From an uncultured Oscillospiraceae bacterium (lineage in GTDB: Bacteria; Bacillota; Clostridia; Oscillospirales; Oscillospiraceae): a DNA stretch of 55,152 nt. Position 1 is the stretch's first letter; the number at the start of each line of letters is the position of its first letter. The DNA is taken from the NCBI GenBank assembly GCA_934591725.1, contig CAKTPR010000001.1, positions 1 to 55,152 of the forward strand, written 5' to 3'. This document shows positions 35,795 to 43,838 of the stretch, one piece after another. The translations under genes and the position numbers were made by a program. Below the pieces are notes generated by a model, which saw nothing but the letters and a program-made list of their open reading frames with translations, did not search any database and had not been told where the DNA came from.

Positions 35795-35823
35795 TTGACT
35801 ATTCTTTCATTGGTGATTATAAT
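35795..35823 (+). promoter_or_regulatory. Promoter of the lipoprotein-alr operon
   Basis: TTGACT (35795-35800), a 17-nt spacer, then TATAAT (35818-35823). Confidence 0.65.
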
Positions 35824-35871
35824 TGAACAAGCCGCATAAGGTTTAGCATAATTGATTTCGGAGGTCAACGG

Positions 35872-36459
35872 ATGACTATGAAACGAGTATGTCTACCTTT
35901 GCTGGCAATTGTGTGCCTGCTGCTCACCGGCTGCGCGGGCCGCGAGGTCGAGAAAGCCTACGCCGGGTTTTCCGAGCGGGTGAACGCGGCGCAGTCGCTC
36001 TCCTTTACCGCGAACGTGCGCGCCGAGTATGAGCACAAGACGGCGAAGTTCACCCTGAACTACACGGAGAATGCTTCCGGCGGCGCAGTGACGGTATTGG
36101 CGCCGGAGCTTATCGCGGGAGTTACCGCGCGCGTCGAGCCGGGGAGCACCGTTCTGCAGTATGACGGCGTCGTGCTCGATACCGGGTCGCTTGATTCCTT
36201 CGGGCTCTCGCCCATGTCGTCGCTGCCGGTGCTGGTGCAGGCGATGAAGAGCGGGCACCTTGACTCCTACGGCGAGGAGGACGGCCTGTACGTCTGCCGC
36301 CTTGAGCCGAACGATGAGTACCGCGTCGCTGTCTGGTTCGAGCCCGATGGGATGGTACCGCAGCGCGCCGAGCTTGAAAGCGGCGGGCGCGTCACGGTCA
36401 TCGCCGAGATAAGCGGCTGGACGGAGGGCACGGCCGCCACGGAAACCGAAACGGAATAA
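35872..36459 (+). CDS. Hypothetical lipoprotein
   Basis: Signal peptide with lipobox MTMKRVCLPLLAIVCLLLTGCAG. I recognise no catalytic motif. Confidence 0.7.
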   Translation: MTMKRVCLPLLAIVCLLLTGCAGREVEKAYAGFSERVNAAQSLSFTANVRAEYEHKTAKFTLNYTENASGGAVTVLAPELIAGVTARVEPGSTVLQYDGVVLDTGSLDSFGLSPMSSLPVLVQAMKSGHLDSYGEEDGLYVCRLEPNDEYRVAVWFEPDGMVPQRAELESGGRVTVIAEISGWTEGTAATETETE

Positions 36460-36482
36460 TATTGAAAGGCAAAGAGAAATAA

Positions 36483-37610
36483 ATGGACGATCTGCAGAAG
36501 AGAAGCTGGGCTGAAATAAGCCTTGAGAATATCCGCCATAACTATAACGCGATACGCGCGTCGCTGCCGGAGGGCTGCCGCTTCCTCGGCGTGGTGAAGG
36601 CCGACGCCTACGGGCACGGCGCGGTGCAGGTGTCGCACCTTTTGCAGGACTGCGGCGCGGACTATCTGGCCGTGTCCTGCCTTGACGAAGCGCTTGAGCT
36701 GCGCCGCGGCGGGATAACCATGCCCATCCTTATTCTCGGCCATACGCCGCCGGAGTATACGAGCGTGCTTATCGAGAACCGCATTACCCAGACGGTGAGC
36801 TGCTACGCCAAGGCGCTGGAGTATTCCACCGCGGCAACGGCGCTCGGCGCTGTGCTGAAGATACACATAAAGCTCGACACCGGTATGTCCCGACTCGGCT
36901 TCCTCTGCGCGGGCGGGTATTTTGACGAGGGCGTGCAGAACGTGATAGACGCCTGCCGCCTGCCCGGCCTTGAGCCTGAGGGCGTGTACACGCACTTTGC
37001 CGTCTCCGATGAGGAGGGCGAGGATAACGAGCGCTACACCCGCGAGCAGTTCAATCTTTTCAATGCGGTGATCGACGCCGTGCGCAAGCGGGGCGGCGTG
37101 GAGTTTAAGATACGCCACTGCGCAAACAGCGGCGCGGTCGTGAACTATCCGGAGATGGCGCTTGACATGGTGCGCCCCGGCCTGCTGCTCTACGGCTACG
37201 GGGACAGCACAGGCCGTCTCGGTCTGCGCCCGTGTATGCGCCTTGTCACAACTGTCAGCACCATCAAGCTCTATGAGCCGGGAACCTGCGTAAGCTATGG
37301 CCGGCGCTTCACGACCGAGCGGCGCACGCGCATGGGCGTGCTCGCCATCGGTTACGCCGACGGGCTGCCGCGCCTTATCTCCAACAAATGCAGCTTCGCC
37401 GCGCGCGGGGGCTTTGCGCCGCAGCGGGGGAGCATCTGTATGGATATGTGCATGATCGATCTGACCGATCTCCCGGAGGTCGACGTCGGCAGCGAGGTCG
37501 AGATATTCGGCGAGGCAAACGATATATACAAGCTCTCCGCCGCCGCACAGACCATACCCTATGAGCTTCTCTGCGCGGTGTCCAAGCGCGTACCGAGAGT
37601 GTATAAGTAA
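36483..37610 (+). CDS. alr: Alanine racemase
   Basis: RSWAEISLENIRHNYNAIRA...GVVKADAYGHG contains the PLP lysine motif. The C-terminal segment reads ICMDMCMIDLTD...IPYELLCAVSKRVPRVY. Confidence 0.95.
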   Translation: MDDLQKRSWAEISLENIRHNYNAIRASLPEGCRFLGVVKADAYGHGAVQVSHLLQDCGADYLAVSCLDEALELRRGGITMPILILGHTPPEYTSVLIENRITQTVSCYAKALEYSTAATALGAVLKIHIKLDTGMSRLGFLCAGGYFDEGVQNVIDACRLPGLEPEGVYTHFAVSDEEGEDNERYTREQFNLFNAVIDAVRKRGGVEFKIRHCANSGAVVNYPEMALDMVRPGLLLYGYGDSTGRLGLRPCMRLVTTVSTIKLYEPGTCVSYGRRFTTERRTRMGVLAIGYADGLPRLISNKCSFAARGGFAPQRGSICMDMCMIDLTDLPEVDVGSEVEIFGEANDIYKLSAAAQTIPYELLCAVSKRVPRVYK

Positions 37611-37618
37611 TAAAGAGC

Positions 37619-37657
37619 GGCGCACTGCAATGTATTTGCAGTGCGCCAAATATTTTT
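37619..37657 (+). terminator. Rho-independent terminator after alr
   Basis: GGCGCACTGCA (37619-37629) pairs with TGCAGTGCGCC (37637-37647). AAATATTTTT follows. Confidence 0.8.
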
Positions 37658-37668
37658 GCCAGATCGAA

Positions 37669-38553
37669 TTATTCCGCGCTTGCGGCTGCCGGGTTTTCAT
37701 GTATCATGATGTGCTTTATGTCAGGGTATTTGCGCTCGACGGCGTTGTGGACGCGCTCGGCGATGCTGTGCGCGTCAGAAAGCGTCATGCTGCCGTCGAC
37801 GCTTATCTCGGCGTCGATATACACCTTGCTGCCGAACTTGCGCGTGCGCAGCGTGTCAAGGCTCACTACGCCGTCCTGCGCGCGGATGAAGTCGCCAAGG
37901 CTCTTCTCATAGCTGTCGCCGCAGGCGGTGTCGAGCATCTTGTCGGCCGCATCCTTCAGAATGTCATACGCGACCTTGAGGATACACAGGCATATCGCGA
38001 CGCAGGCGACGGGTTCCAGCACCGGAACACCGAGCATTGCTCCGCCTATGCCGATGAGCGAGCCGACGGACGAGAGCGCGTCAGAGCGGTGGTGCCACGC
38101 GTCGGCCATAAAAGCTGATGAATTGAGCTTCCTGGCGTAGTGCCGGGTGTACCAGAACATACCTTCCTTGACGACGATGGACACGACGGCAGCCGCGAGA
38201 GCGATCCCGCCGGGGACGGCGAGGTCTTCATAATGCCCCGCGATGATCTTCTGCAGGCCGCCCCAGCCGATGCCGAGGCCGGTCGCAAGCAGGATAACGC
38301 CGAGCGCGGTGGAAGCGAGGCATTCGAGCCTGTCATGCCCATAGGGGTGATCCCTGTCAGGCCCTTTCTGCGCGAGCCTCACGCCGATGAAGGCGATAAA
38401 GGTCGCGAACACATCAGACAGCGAATGTACTGCGTCCGACACCATTGCGCCGGAGTGCCCGGCAATGCCCGCATAGAGCTTGAAAGCCACGAGCAGTATG
38501 TTTCCTATGACGCCGACGGCAGTCAGCCGCGCGACGATTTTCTTTTCAGACAT
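37669..38553 (-). CDS. Cation diffusion facilitator (CDF) family metal efflux transporter
   Basis: ORF trimmed to ATG 38553, with GGAGGGG upstream. GHSGAMVSDAVHSLSDVFATFIAFIG...DRDHPYGHDRLE...ADAWHHRSDALSS carries the CDF HxxxD/DxxxD TM motifs. A C-terminal cytoplasmic domain is present. Confidence 0.9.
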   Translation of the reverse strand: MSEKKIVARLTAVGVIGNILLVAFKLYAGIAGHSGAMVSDAVHSLSDVFATFIAFIGVRLAQKGPDRDHPYGHDRLECLASTALGVILLATGLGIGWGGLQKIIAGHYEDLAVPGGIALAAAVVSIVVKEGMFWYTRHYARKLNSSAFMADAWHHRSDALSSVGSLIGIGGAMLGVPVLEPVACVAICLCILKVAYDILKDAADKMLDTACGDSYEKSLGDFIRAQDGVVSLDTLRTRKFGSKVYIDAEISVDGSMTLSDAHSIAERVHNAVERKYPDIKHIMIHENPAAASAE

Positions 38554-38569
38554 GACAGATCCCCTCCAC

Positions 38570-38752
38570 GGTATAATATGCACTTCACGGGCCGAGGGGG
38601 AATAAAAAATACAGTCCCCCTCGGAACATACTACTGTCCCGCAGAGACTGTCTGTCTTCTCTGCTGCCGCCTTTCGGCGACCCGGCTGACGGAAAGATAC
38701 GCTGCCTGTTCAGTTTGTACTGTTGTCGTATACGCGATGCAGTGCAAAGAGT
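38570..38752 (-). promoter_or_regulatory. Structured 5' leader of the CDF gene; possible czcD (NiCo)-type metal riboswitch
   Basis: The leader is about 200 nt long. On the minus strand it contains repeated ACAG-type elements: ACAGTAC, AACAGGCAGC, GACAGACAGTC and GCGGGACAGTA. It also has a CGCC-GAAA-GGCG hairpin, a GCAGAGA/TCTCTGC hairpin, and an ACAGTC...GACTGT stem followed by ATTTTTTATT. The class assignment comes from memory of the motif and is not from a covariance model. Confidence 0.4.
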
Positions 38753-38759
38753 TTATAAG

Positions 38760-38788
38760 ATACTAACACGTGCCATGCCTTTTGTCAA
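38760..38788 (-). promoter_or_regulatory. Promoter of the CDF leader
   Basis: On the minus strand: TTGACA (38783-38788), a 17-nt spacer, then TAGTAT (38760-38765). Confidence 0.5.
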
Positions 38789-38807
38789 TGGTAAGAGTGT
38801 GAATAAA

Positions 38808-38846
38808 TGAAAACATAAAATTTGCCCCGGATCATCTGATCCGGGG
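38808..38846 (-). terminator. Terminator of the DUF3793-flavodoxin transcript
   Basis: CCCCGGATC (38825-38833) pairs with GATCCGGGG (38838-38846). On the minus strand it is followed by CAAATTTTATGTTTTC. Confidence 0.65.
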
Positions 38847-38891
38847 CGCGAAACAAAAATGGAGAGAAAAGGATGGAATGTAGCAAATTAA

Positions 38892-38984
38892 TTATGCTGC
38901 CAGCTTGGAAGCTATCATTGCGGCGGTGAGCAGCACCACGATGATCGACAGCATTATCAGGCGGCGCCTGAGGATGCCGGGCAT
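38892..38984 (-). CDS. Candidate 30-aa hydrophobic peptide (not in the ORF track)
   Basis: My own translation gives MPGILRRRLIMLSIIVVLLTAAMIASKLAA. GAGG lies 8 nt upstream of the ATG at 38984. The ORF sits between the flavodoxin stop and the operon terminator. Confidence 0.3.
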   Translation of the reverse strand: MPGILRRRLIMLSIIVVLLTAAMIASKLAA

Positions 38985-38994
38985 TGCGCCGGCC

Positions 38995-39420
38995 TCATTC
39001 GGCCAGCAGCTTGCCGAGCAGACGGCAGGCCGCGAGACCCTGCGCGTCGGGAGCTTCATTGCAGGTGACGCTCTCGCAGCAGAGCTTTATGCCGGAAGCG
39101 GAGCAGTCGTCCTCCCAATTGCGCATCCAGTCGCCATCGCCCCAGCCGTAGGAGCCGAACAGCGCGACCTTCTTGCCGCCGAGGCTGCCCTTGCAGTCAC
39201 TGAACATCGGCTCGAACGCGGACTCTTCAAGCATCTCAGCGCCCATTGCGGGGCAGCCGAAAGCGACAGCGTCGAGATCATTGAGCTTTGAGGGGCCAAA
39301 TTCGGCGGCGGTGTAGAGCACTGCATCAGCGCCCGCATCCTTCATGCCGGTGAGGACGGCTTCTGCCATGGCCTCGGTGTTTCCGGTGCCGCTCCAGTAT
39401 ACAACAGCTGTTTTCTTCAT
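38995..39420 (-). CDS. Short-chain flavodoxin
   Basis: ORF trimmed to ATG 39420. MKKTAVVYWSGTGNTEAMAEAV contains the FMN phosphate loop. The segment GSYGWGDGDWM is also present. Confidence 0.9.
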   Translation of the reverse strand: MKKTAVVYWSGTGNTEAMAEAVLTGMKDAGADAVLYTAAEFGPSKLNDLDAVAFGCPAMGAEMLEESAFEPMFSDCKGSLGGKKVALFGSYGWGDGDWMRNWEDDCSASGIKLCCESVTCNEAPDAQGLAACRLLGKLLAE

Positions 39421-39460
39421 AATAAAAATTCCTTTCTTGTTAAATGAATTTGTCAATTTC

Positions 39461-40015
39461 TTATATCGCAACGGCGAGCTGCTCAAGGCTTGAACCGCTC
39501 TGCCAGAGCTTGCAGTAGAGCTCGGTGCATTTCTTGTACCGGGCGAAAGTGCGCTTTGCGCCCTCCTCGTCTCCGTACACCTTCCAGAGACCTATGTACT
39601 TGTAATTCGCGGCTTCGTTATCGATGAAGCCCTTTACGTCCTCAGGCGGGTAGCTGAGGAACAGCCCGACCTCATGGGGAAACTCGCTGTCCGCCCGCTG
39701 CATCCGGCGCATGAGCTGCGCAAGGCAGCTTCCGCAGTCGGAGCGCGTATAGCCCATCTCGCGAAGAACTTCGCAGGCTGTCTCATCCGAAAGGTCGCGG
39801 CGCAGCCACGCCGGGCGGTAGAGGTAGAGCAGTACGTTCTTTTCCGTGAAGCGCAGGGGGATCAGGCACAGCCCCTTCGGGATCAGGCGGCGGTTTATCT
39901 CGCGGATGTCCTTGTAAACCTGCTCCTTGCTGTCATAGGGGTGGGGGAACAGGCTGCCGGTCTTTATCCCGGCGAGCGTCGGCGCGCACTGGCTGATTAT
40001 TCTGCTCTCTGACAT
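39461..40015 (-). CDS. DUF3793 family protein
   Basis: IISQCAPTLAGIKTGSLF...LIPLRFTEKNVLLYLYRP...EFPHEVGLFLSYPPEDVKGFI is the family pattern as I recall it. The family is commonly found next to flavodoxin genes in Clostridia. Confidence 0.7.
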   Translation of the reverse strand: MSESRIISQCAPTLAGIKTGSLFPHPYDSKEQVYKDIREINRRLIPKGLCLIPLRFTEKNVLLYLYRPAWLRRDLSDETACEVLREMGYTRSDCGSCLAQLMRRMQRADSEFPHEVGLFLSYPPEDVKGFIDNEAANYKYIGLWKVYGDEEGAKRTFARYKKCTELYCKLWQSGSSLEQLAVAI

Positions 40016-40038
40016 GACAGCGGCTCCTTTTGTTAATG

Positions 40039-40056
40039 AGTTAAATACATCTAACT
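40039..40056. promoter_or_regulatory. GTTA-N8-TAAC dyad, copy C (candidate DtxR-family operator)
   Basis: AGTTAAATACATCTAACT, starting 23 nt upstream of the DUF3793 ATG. Confidence 0.5.
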
Positions 40057-40063
40057 AAGCCTT

Positions 40064-40089
40064 AAAAGAAATTTGCGCACCGTGCGCAA
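40064..40089 (-). terminator. Terminator after the HMA gene
   Basis: TTGCGCAC (40073-40080) pairs with GTGCGCAA (40082-40089). On the minus strand it is followed by ATTTCTTTT. Confidence 0.6.
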
Positions 40090-40159
40090 GAGGTTTCGGG
40101 GATTTATTTATGCGGCCGGTTCTGTCATGCGCGGCAAAGCCGGCCGGTTATTTACGATT

Positions 40160-40417
40160 TTACTTTTTGCCGAAGCTGAAGAGCTTTTTCTTTTCGTAGG
40201 GCTTGCTGCTGACGGACAGGATCTTGTAGCCGCTGCCGTCGAGAGCCTTTTCAATTTCGCCCTCGCTTATGGGGTCTTCACTGATGATGGTCGCTTCGCC
40301 CTTGCTGTGAGAGGCGGAGACCTTCTTAACGCTGAGATGATTGCGGATGGCGTCGTTCACATGGCTTTCGCACATGGAGCACATCATGCCGTCTATTTTA
40401 ACTGTGGTTTCGATCAT
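40160..40417 (-). CDS. Heavy-metal-associated (HMA) domain protein, CopZ-like
   Basis: 85-aa protein. VKIDGMMCSMCESHVNDAI carries the MxCxxC metal-binding loop. It ends in a Lys-rich tail. Confidence 0.85.
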   Translation of the reverse strand: MIETTVKIDGMMCSMCESHVNDAIRNHLSVKKVSASHSKGEATIISEDPISEGEIEKALDGSGYKILSVSSKPYEKKKLFSFGKK

Positions 40418-40435
40418 GGTTAGTCACTCCCAATT

Positions 40436-40801
40436 TCATTCCGACAGCACTGCAAGCTGTTCGGGCAGCTCCGCAAGCACCGTGCAGGCGATATGGCTGC
40501 ATACATCCTCGCTCAGGCCGAGCGCTGCTTTCAGCTTTTCACTCAGCTGGGCACAGCCGAGTGAGTACCGGGCGGCTTCTTCGCTGCCCTGCTCGGTGAG
40601 GTGCACTGCGCCGTATTTCTGCTTTTCCGCAAGGCCGAGGTCGCACAGGTTCTTGATCATCGAGTGCACGCTGGGCTTTGACACGCTCATCCGCGCCGCT
40701 ATATCCTTGCACCGCGCGCCCTGACCGGACACGCACAGCTCGGAGAGCACGAGCAGGTATTTGATCGCGGAGGAGGAAAGGGGTTTGCTGGAGTTCAACA
40801 T
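40436..40801 (-). CDS. Short DtxR/MntR-family regulator (paralogue 2, atypical metal ligands)
   Basis: HTH segment CKDIAARMSVSKPSVHSMIKNLCDLGLAEKQKYGAVHLTEQG. Where DtxR has C-x2-E-H, this protein has DVCSHIAC. Confidence 0.7.
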   Translation of the reverse strand: MLNSSKPLSSSAIKYLLVLSELCVSGQGARCKDIAARMSVSKPSVHSMIKNLCDLGLAEKQKYGAVHLTEQGSEEAARYSLGCAQLSEKLKAALGLSEDVCSHIACTVLAELPEQLAVLSE

Positions 40802-40825
40802 ATTGAACCTCCCGGTTAGAAATGT

Positions 40826-40858
40826 GGGAGATGCAGAGAGGTGAAAGCTGCATCTCCC
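40826..40858 (-). terminator. Hairpin between the Cys-rich peptide gene and the DtxR-like gene (attenuator or partial terminator)
   Basis: GGGAGATGCAG (40826-40836) pairs with CTGCATCTCCC (40848-40858). There is no good U-tract on the minus strand. Confidence 0.3.
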
Positions 40859-40864
40859 CTTTTC

Positions 40865-41038
40865 CTACTTCGAGCTGTGGCAGCTGCCGTGCATCGCACA
40901 GTCAGCGCAGCCGCAGCCACAGGAGGATTGTCCCCGCTTCTTTTCCCGCACAAGATGTATTGAGATGAGTACCACTATGGCAAGGAGTACAATAGAGATA
41001 AGAATGGTGGAAAGGTTTGCGGCGAGAAATTCAAGCAT
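40865..41038 (-). CDS. FeoB-associated Cys-rich membrane peptide (57 aa, below the ORF-track cutoff)
   Basis: My own translation gives MLEFLAANLSTILISIVLLAIVVLISIHLVREKKRGQSSCGCGCADCAMHGSCHSSK. It has one TM helix followed by a CGCGC..C..C tail. It lies directly downstream of feoB. Confidence 0.75.
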   Translation of the reverse strand: MLEFLAANLSTILISIVLLAIVVLISIHLVREKKRGQSSCGCGCADCAMHGSCHSSK

Positions 41039-41086
41039 GGTTTATCGCTCCTTTTATGTGAAAGTGATGGAAAACTTTTGGATCTT

Positions 41087-41110
41087 CCGGGAGGGGAGAT
41101 ACCCTCCCGG
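41087..41110 (-). terminator. Hairpin downstream of feoB
   Basis: CCGGGAGGG (41087-41095) pairs with CCCTCCCGG (41102-41110). The U-tract is weak. Confidence 0.3.
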
Positions 41111-41124
41111 AGTTGATGATCGGA

Positions 41125-43527
41125 TCAGAGCTTCTCGGAGAGCTTGGTTGCTTCCTTGTAGGGCTTTGCCAGCATGTAGATGATGCCTGCGAGAGCCGCG
41201 ATAGCGACGATCAGGCCAATCACATTGACATTGCCGGTGAACAGACCGCCGAACTGGTTGACCATGAGGGCGCAGATGTAAGCGAAGCCACACTGATAGC
41301 CGATGGCGAACCAAGTCCACTTGGAGCTGTTCATCTCACGCTTGATCGCACCGATAGCTGCGAAGCAGGGGGCGCAGAGAAGGTTAAAGACGAGGAAGGA
41401 GTAAGCGGTCACGCTGGTGAAAGCTGCTGCGAGGTTCTGGTAAACGGTACCGACGCCGTTGGCGTAGAGGATACCGAGGGTACCGACGATGTTCTCCTTA
41501 GCAACAAGGCCGGTGATGGATGCGACGGCTGCCTGCCAATTGCCCCAGCCAAGAGGGATGAAGATCCAGGCGATGGCATTGCCGATGGTTGCGAGGATGG
41601 AGTGGCTGATCTCTTCTTCGGAGAGCATACGGAAGGTACCGTCAACAACACCGAAGTAAGTGGTGAACCATACGAAGATAGTGGAGAGAAGAATTATCGT
41701 ACCGGCCTTCTTGATGAAGCTCCAGCCGCGCTCCCACATGGAACGGAGAACGTTGCCGAGAGTCGGCCAGTGGTATGCGGGCAGCTCCATAACGAAGGGA
41801 GCAGGCTCGCCGGAGAACATCTTGGTCTTCTTGAGCATGATGCCGGAAACGATGATGGCTGCCATGCCGACGAAGTATGCGGAGGTCGCGACCCATGCAG
41901 AGCCGTTGAAGATAGCGCCGGCAATCATTGCGATGAACGGAACCTTTGCGCCGCAGGGGATGAAGGTCGTGGTCATGATGGTCATACGGCGGTCACGCTC
42001 GTTCTCGATGGTACGGGAGGCCATAACACCGGGCACGCCGCAGCCGGTACCGATGAGCATCGGGATGAAGGACTTACCGGAGAGACCGAACTTACGGAAG
42101 ATACGGTCAAGGACGAATGCGATACGGGCCATGTAGCCGCAGGCCTCAAGGAAGGCGAGCATCAGGAACAGAACCAGCATCTGGGGAACGAAGCCGAGGA
42201 CTGCGCCGACACCGGCTACGATACCGTCAAGGATAAGACCGCTGAGCCAGTCGGCAGTGCCGGCAGCTTCAAGTGCATTGCCTATGAGAACAGGAACACC
42301 GGGGATCCAGACGCCGTAATCCGCGGGATCGGGCTCGTCGCCGAGCCCTTCGAGGGTAGCCTGAGCTTCTTCGTAATCAGCGACAGTGGCTTCGACTTCT
42401 TCAACGGCCAGAGTCTCTTCGTCTTCGACCTCGTAGGTGAAGACACCGTCTGCGGGCTCGCCGTTCTCTTCGACGTAGGCGTCATAGCCGTCTACGATAG
42501 CGGCAGCGTCGCCCCACTCTTCGGCGACTTCGTTGTAAGCAGCGGAGCCTATGCCGAACAGGTGCCAGCCATCACCGAACACACCGTCGTTTGCCCAGTC
42601 GGTAGCGGGAGCGCCGACGCCGACCATTGCGACCCAGTAAACAAGGAACATGACCAGTGCGAAGATCGGAAGACCGAGCCAACGGTTGGTGACGATCTTA
42701 TCTATCTTATCGGAGGTGGAGAGAGCACCGGCCTCTTTCTTCTTGTAGCAGTTCTTGATGAGCTGTGCTATGTAAATGTAACGCTCGTTGGTGATGATGC
42801 TCTCGGCATCGTCGTCGAGCTCTGCTTCAGCGGCCTTGATGTCGCTCTCGATGTGCTCCATAACGGAAGCGTCGATGTTGAGCTGTGCAAGTGCCTTGTC
42901 GTCGCGCTCGAAGATCTTTATTGCGTACCAGCGCTGCTGATCCTCAGGCATGGAGTGCAGAGCCGCTTCCTCAATGTGAGCGATAGCGTGCTCGACAGGG
43001 CCGGAGAAGGTGTGCATCGGAACGGTCTTGCCGTTCTTGGCAGCGTCGATAGCGGCCTCGGCAGCGTCCATAACGCCGTCTCCCTTCAGAGCGGAGATCT
43101 CAACGATCTTGCAGCCGAGCTCACGGGAGAGCTCTTCGATGTTTATCTTGTCGCCCTTCTTGCGGACGATATCCATCATGTTGATGGCGATCACCACGGG
43201 GATGCCGAGCTCGGTGAGCTGAGTGGTGAGGTAGAGGTTACGCTCGAGGTTCGTGCCGTCGATGATGTTGAGTATCGCATCGGGACGCTCGGTTATCAGG
43301 TAGTTACGTGCGACGACTTCTTCAAGCGTGTAGGGGGACAGGGAGTATATACCGGGAAGGTCCATGATGACGACGTCATCGTGCTTCTTGAGGCGGCCTT
43401 CCTTCTTTTCAACAGTGACTCCGGGCCAGTTGCCGACGAACTGGTTGGAGCCGGTCAGCGCATTGAACAGCGTCGTTTTACCGCAGTTGGGGTTGCCTGC
43501 GAGGGCAATTTTGATCTGCTTATCCAT
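41125..43527 (-). CDS. feoB: Ferrous iron transport protein B
   Basis: G-domain IALAGNPNCGKTTLFNALTG...DLPGIYSL...NMMD, followed by a polytopic gate domain. The protein is 800 aa long and includes an acidic extracytoplasmic insertion. Confidence 0.95.
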   Translation of the reverse strand: MDKQIKIALAGNPNCGKTTLFNALTGSNQFVGNWPGVTVEKKEGRLKKHDDVVIMDLPGIYSLSPYTLEEVVARNYLITERPDAILNIIDGTNLERNLYLTTQLTELGIPVVIAINMMDIVRKKGDKINIEELSRELGCKIVEISALKGDGVMDAAEAAIDAAKNGKTVPMHTFSGPVEHAIAHIEEAALHSMPEDQQRWYAIKIFERDDKALAQLNIDASVMEHIESDIKAAEAELDDDAESIITNERYIYIAQLIKNCYKKKEAGALSTSDKIDKIVTNRWLGLPIFALVMFLVYWVAMVGVGAPATDWANDGVFGDGWHLFGIGSAAYNEVAEEWGDAAAIVDGYDAYVEENGEPADGVFTYEVEDEETLAVEEVEATVADYEEAQATLEGLGDEPDPADYGVWIPGVPVLIGNALEAAGTADWLSGLILDGIVAGVGAVLGFVPQMLVLFLMLAFLEACGYMARIAFVLDRIFRKFGLSGKSFIPMLIGTGCGVPGVMASRTIENERDRRMTIMTTTFIPCGAKVPFIAMIAGAIFNGSAWVATSAYFVGMAAIIVSGIMLKKTKMFSGEPAPFVMELPAYHWPTLGNVLRSMWERGWSFIKKAGTIILLSTIFVWFTTYFGVVDGTFRMLSEEEISHSILATIGNAIAWIFIPLGWGNWQAAVASITGLVAKENIVGTLGILYANGVGTVYQNLAAAFTSVTAYSFLVFNLLCAPCFAAIGAIKREMNSSKWTWFAIGYQCGFAYICALMVNQFGGLFTGNVNVIGLIVAIAALAGIIYMLAKPYKEATKLSEKL

Positions 43528-43550
43528 GATTGATTACTGCTCCTTCTTCC

Positions 43551-43568
43551 GGTTAAGCTAACTTAACC
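43551..43568. promoter_or_regulatory. GTTA-N8-TAAC dyad, copy A
   Basis: GGTTAAGCTAACTTAACC, in the feoA-feoB intergenic gap, starting 23 nt upstream of the feoB ATG. Confidence 0.5.
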
Positions 43569-43591
43569 TGTCTACAAAAAATCAGAAATTT

Positions 43592-43813
43592 TTACTCGAC
43601 TTCGATCATTTCGGTGTCAGCCTTACGCAGGCTCAGTTCGTAGCCGCGCACGGTGACCTCCATGGGATCGCCCAGAGGAGCGACCTTACGGACAAAAACC
43701 TCGGTGCCCTTGGTGATGCCCATGTCCATGATACGGCGCTTGATGGGGCCTTCACCGTGGAGCTTAACGACCTTGGCTGTTTCGCCGATCTTGACTTCAC
43801 GCAGTGTCTTCAT
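43592..43813 (-). CDS. feoA: FeoA family protein (copy 2)
   Basis: 73-aa SH3-like FeoA pattern: KVVKLHGEGPIKRRIMDMGITKGTEVFVRKVAPLGDPMEV. Confidence 0.9.
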   Translation of the reverse strand: MKTLREVKIGETAKVVKLHGEGPIKRRIMDMGITKGTEVFVRKVAPLGDPMEVTVRGYELSLRKADTEMIEVE

Positions 43814-43838
43814 TCTTTCCTCTCCTTTTTTGGTTTTC

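Noticed and set aside
38905-39291. 128-aa plus-strand ORF.
   Set aside because: It is antisense to the flavodoxin gene, which has the canonical FMN-binding loop. This is another shadow ORF.
41113-43533. 806-aa plus-strand ORF opposite feoB.
   Set aside because: It is a shadow ORF of feoB. It has no motifs, a biased composition and no ribosome-binding site context, while feoB on the minus strand is certain.
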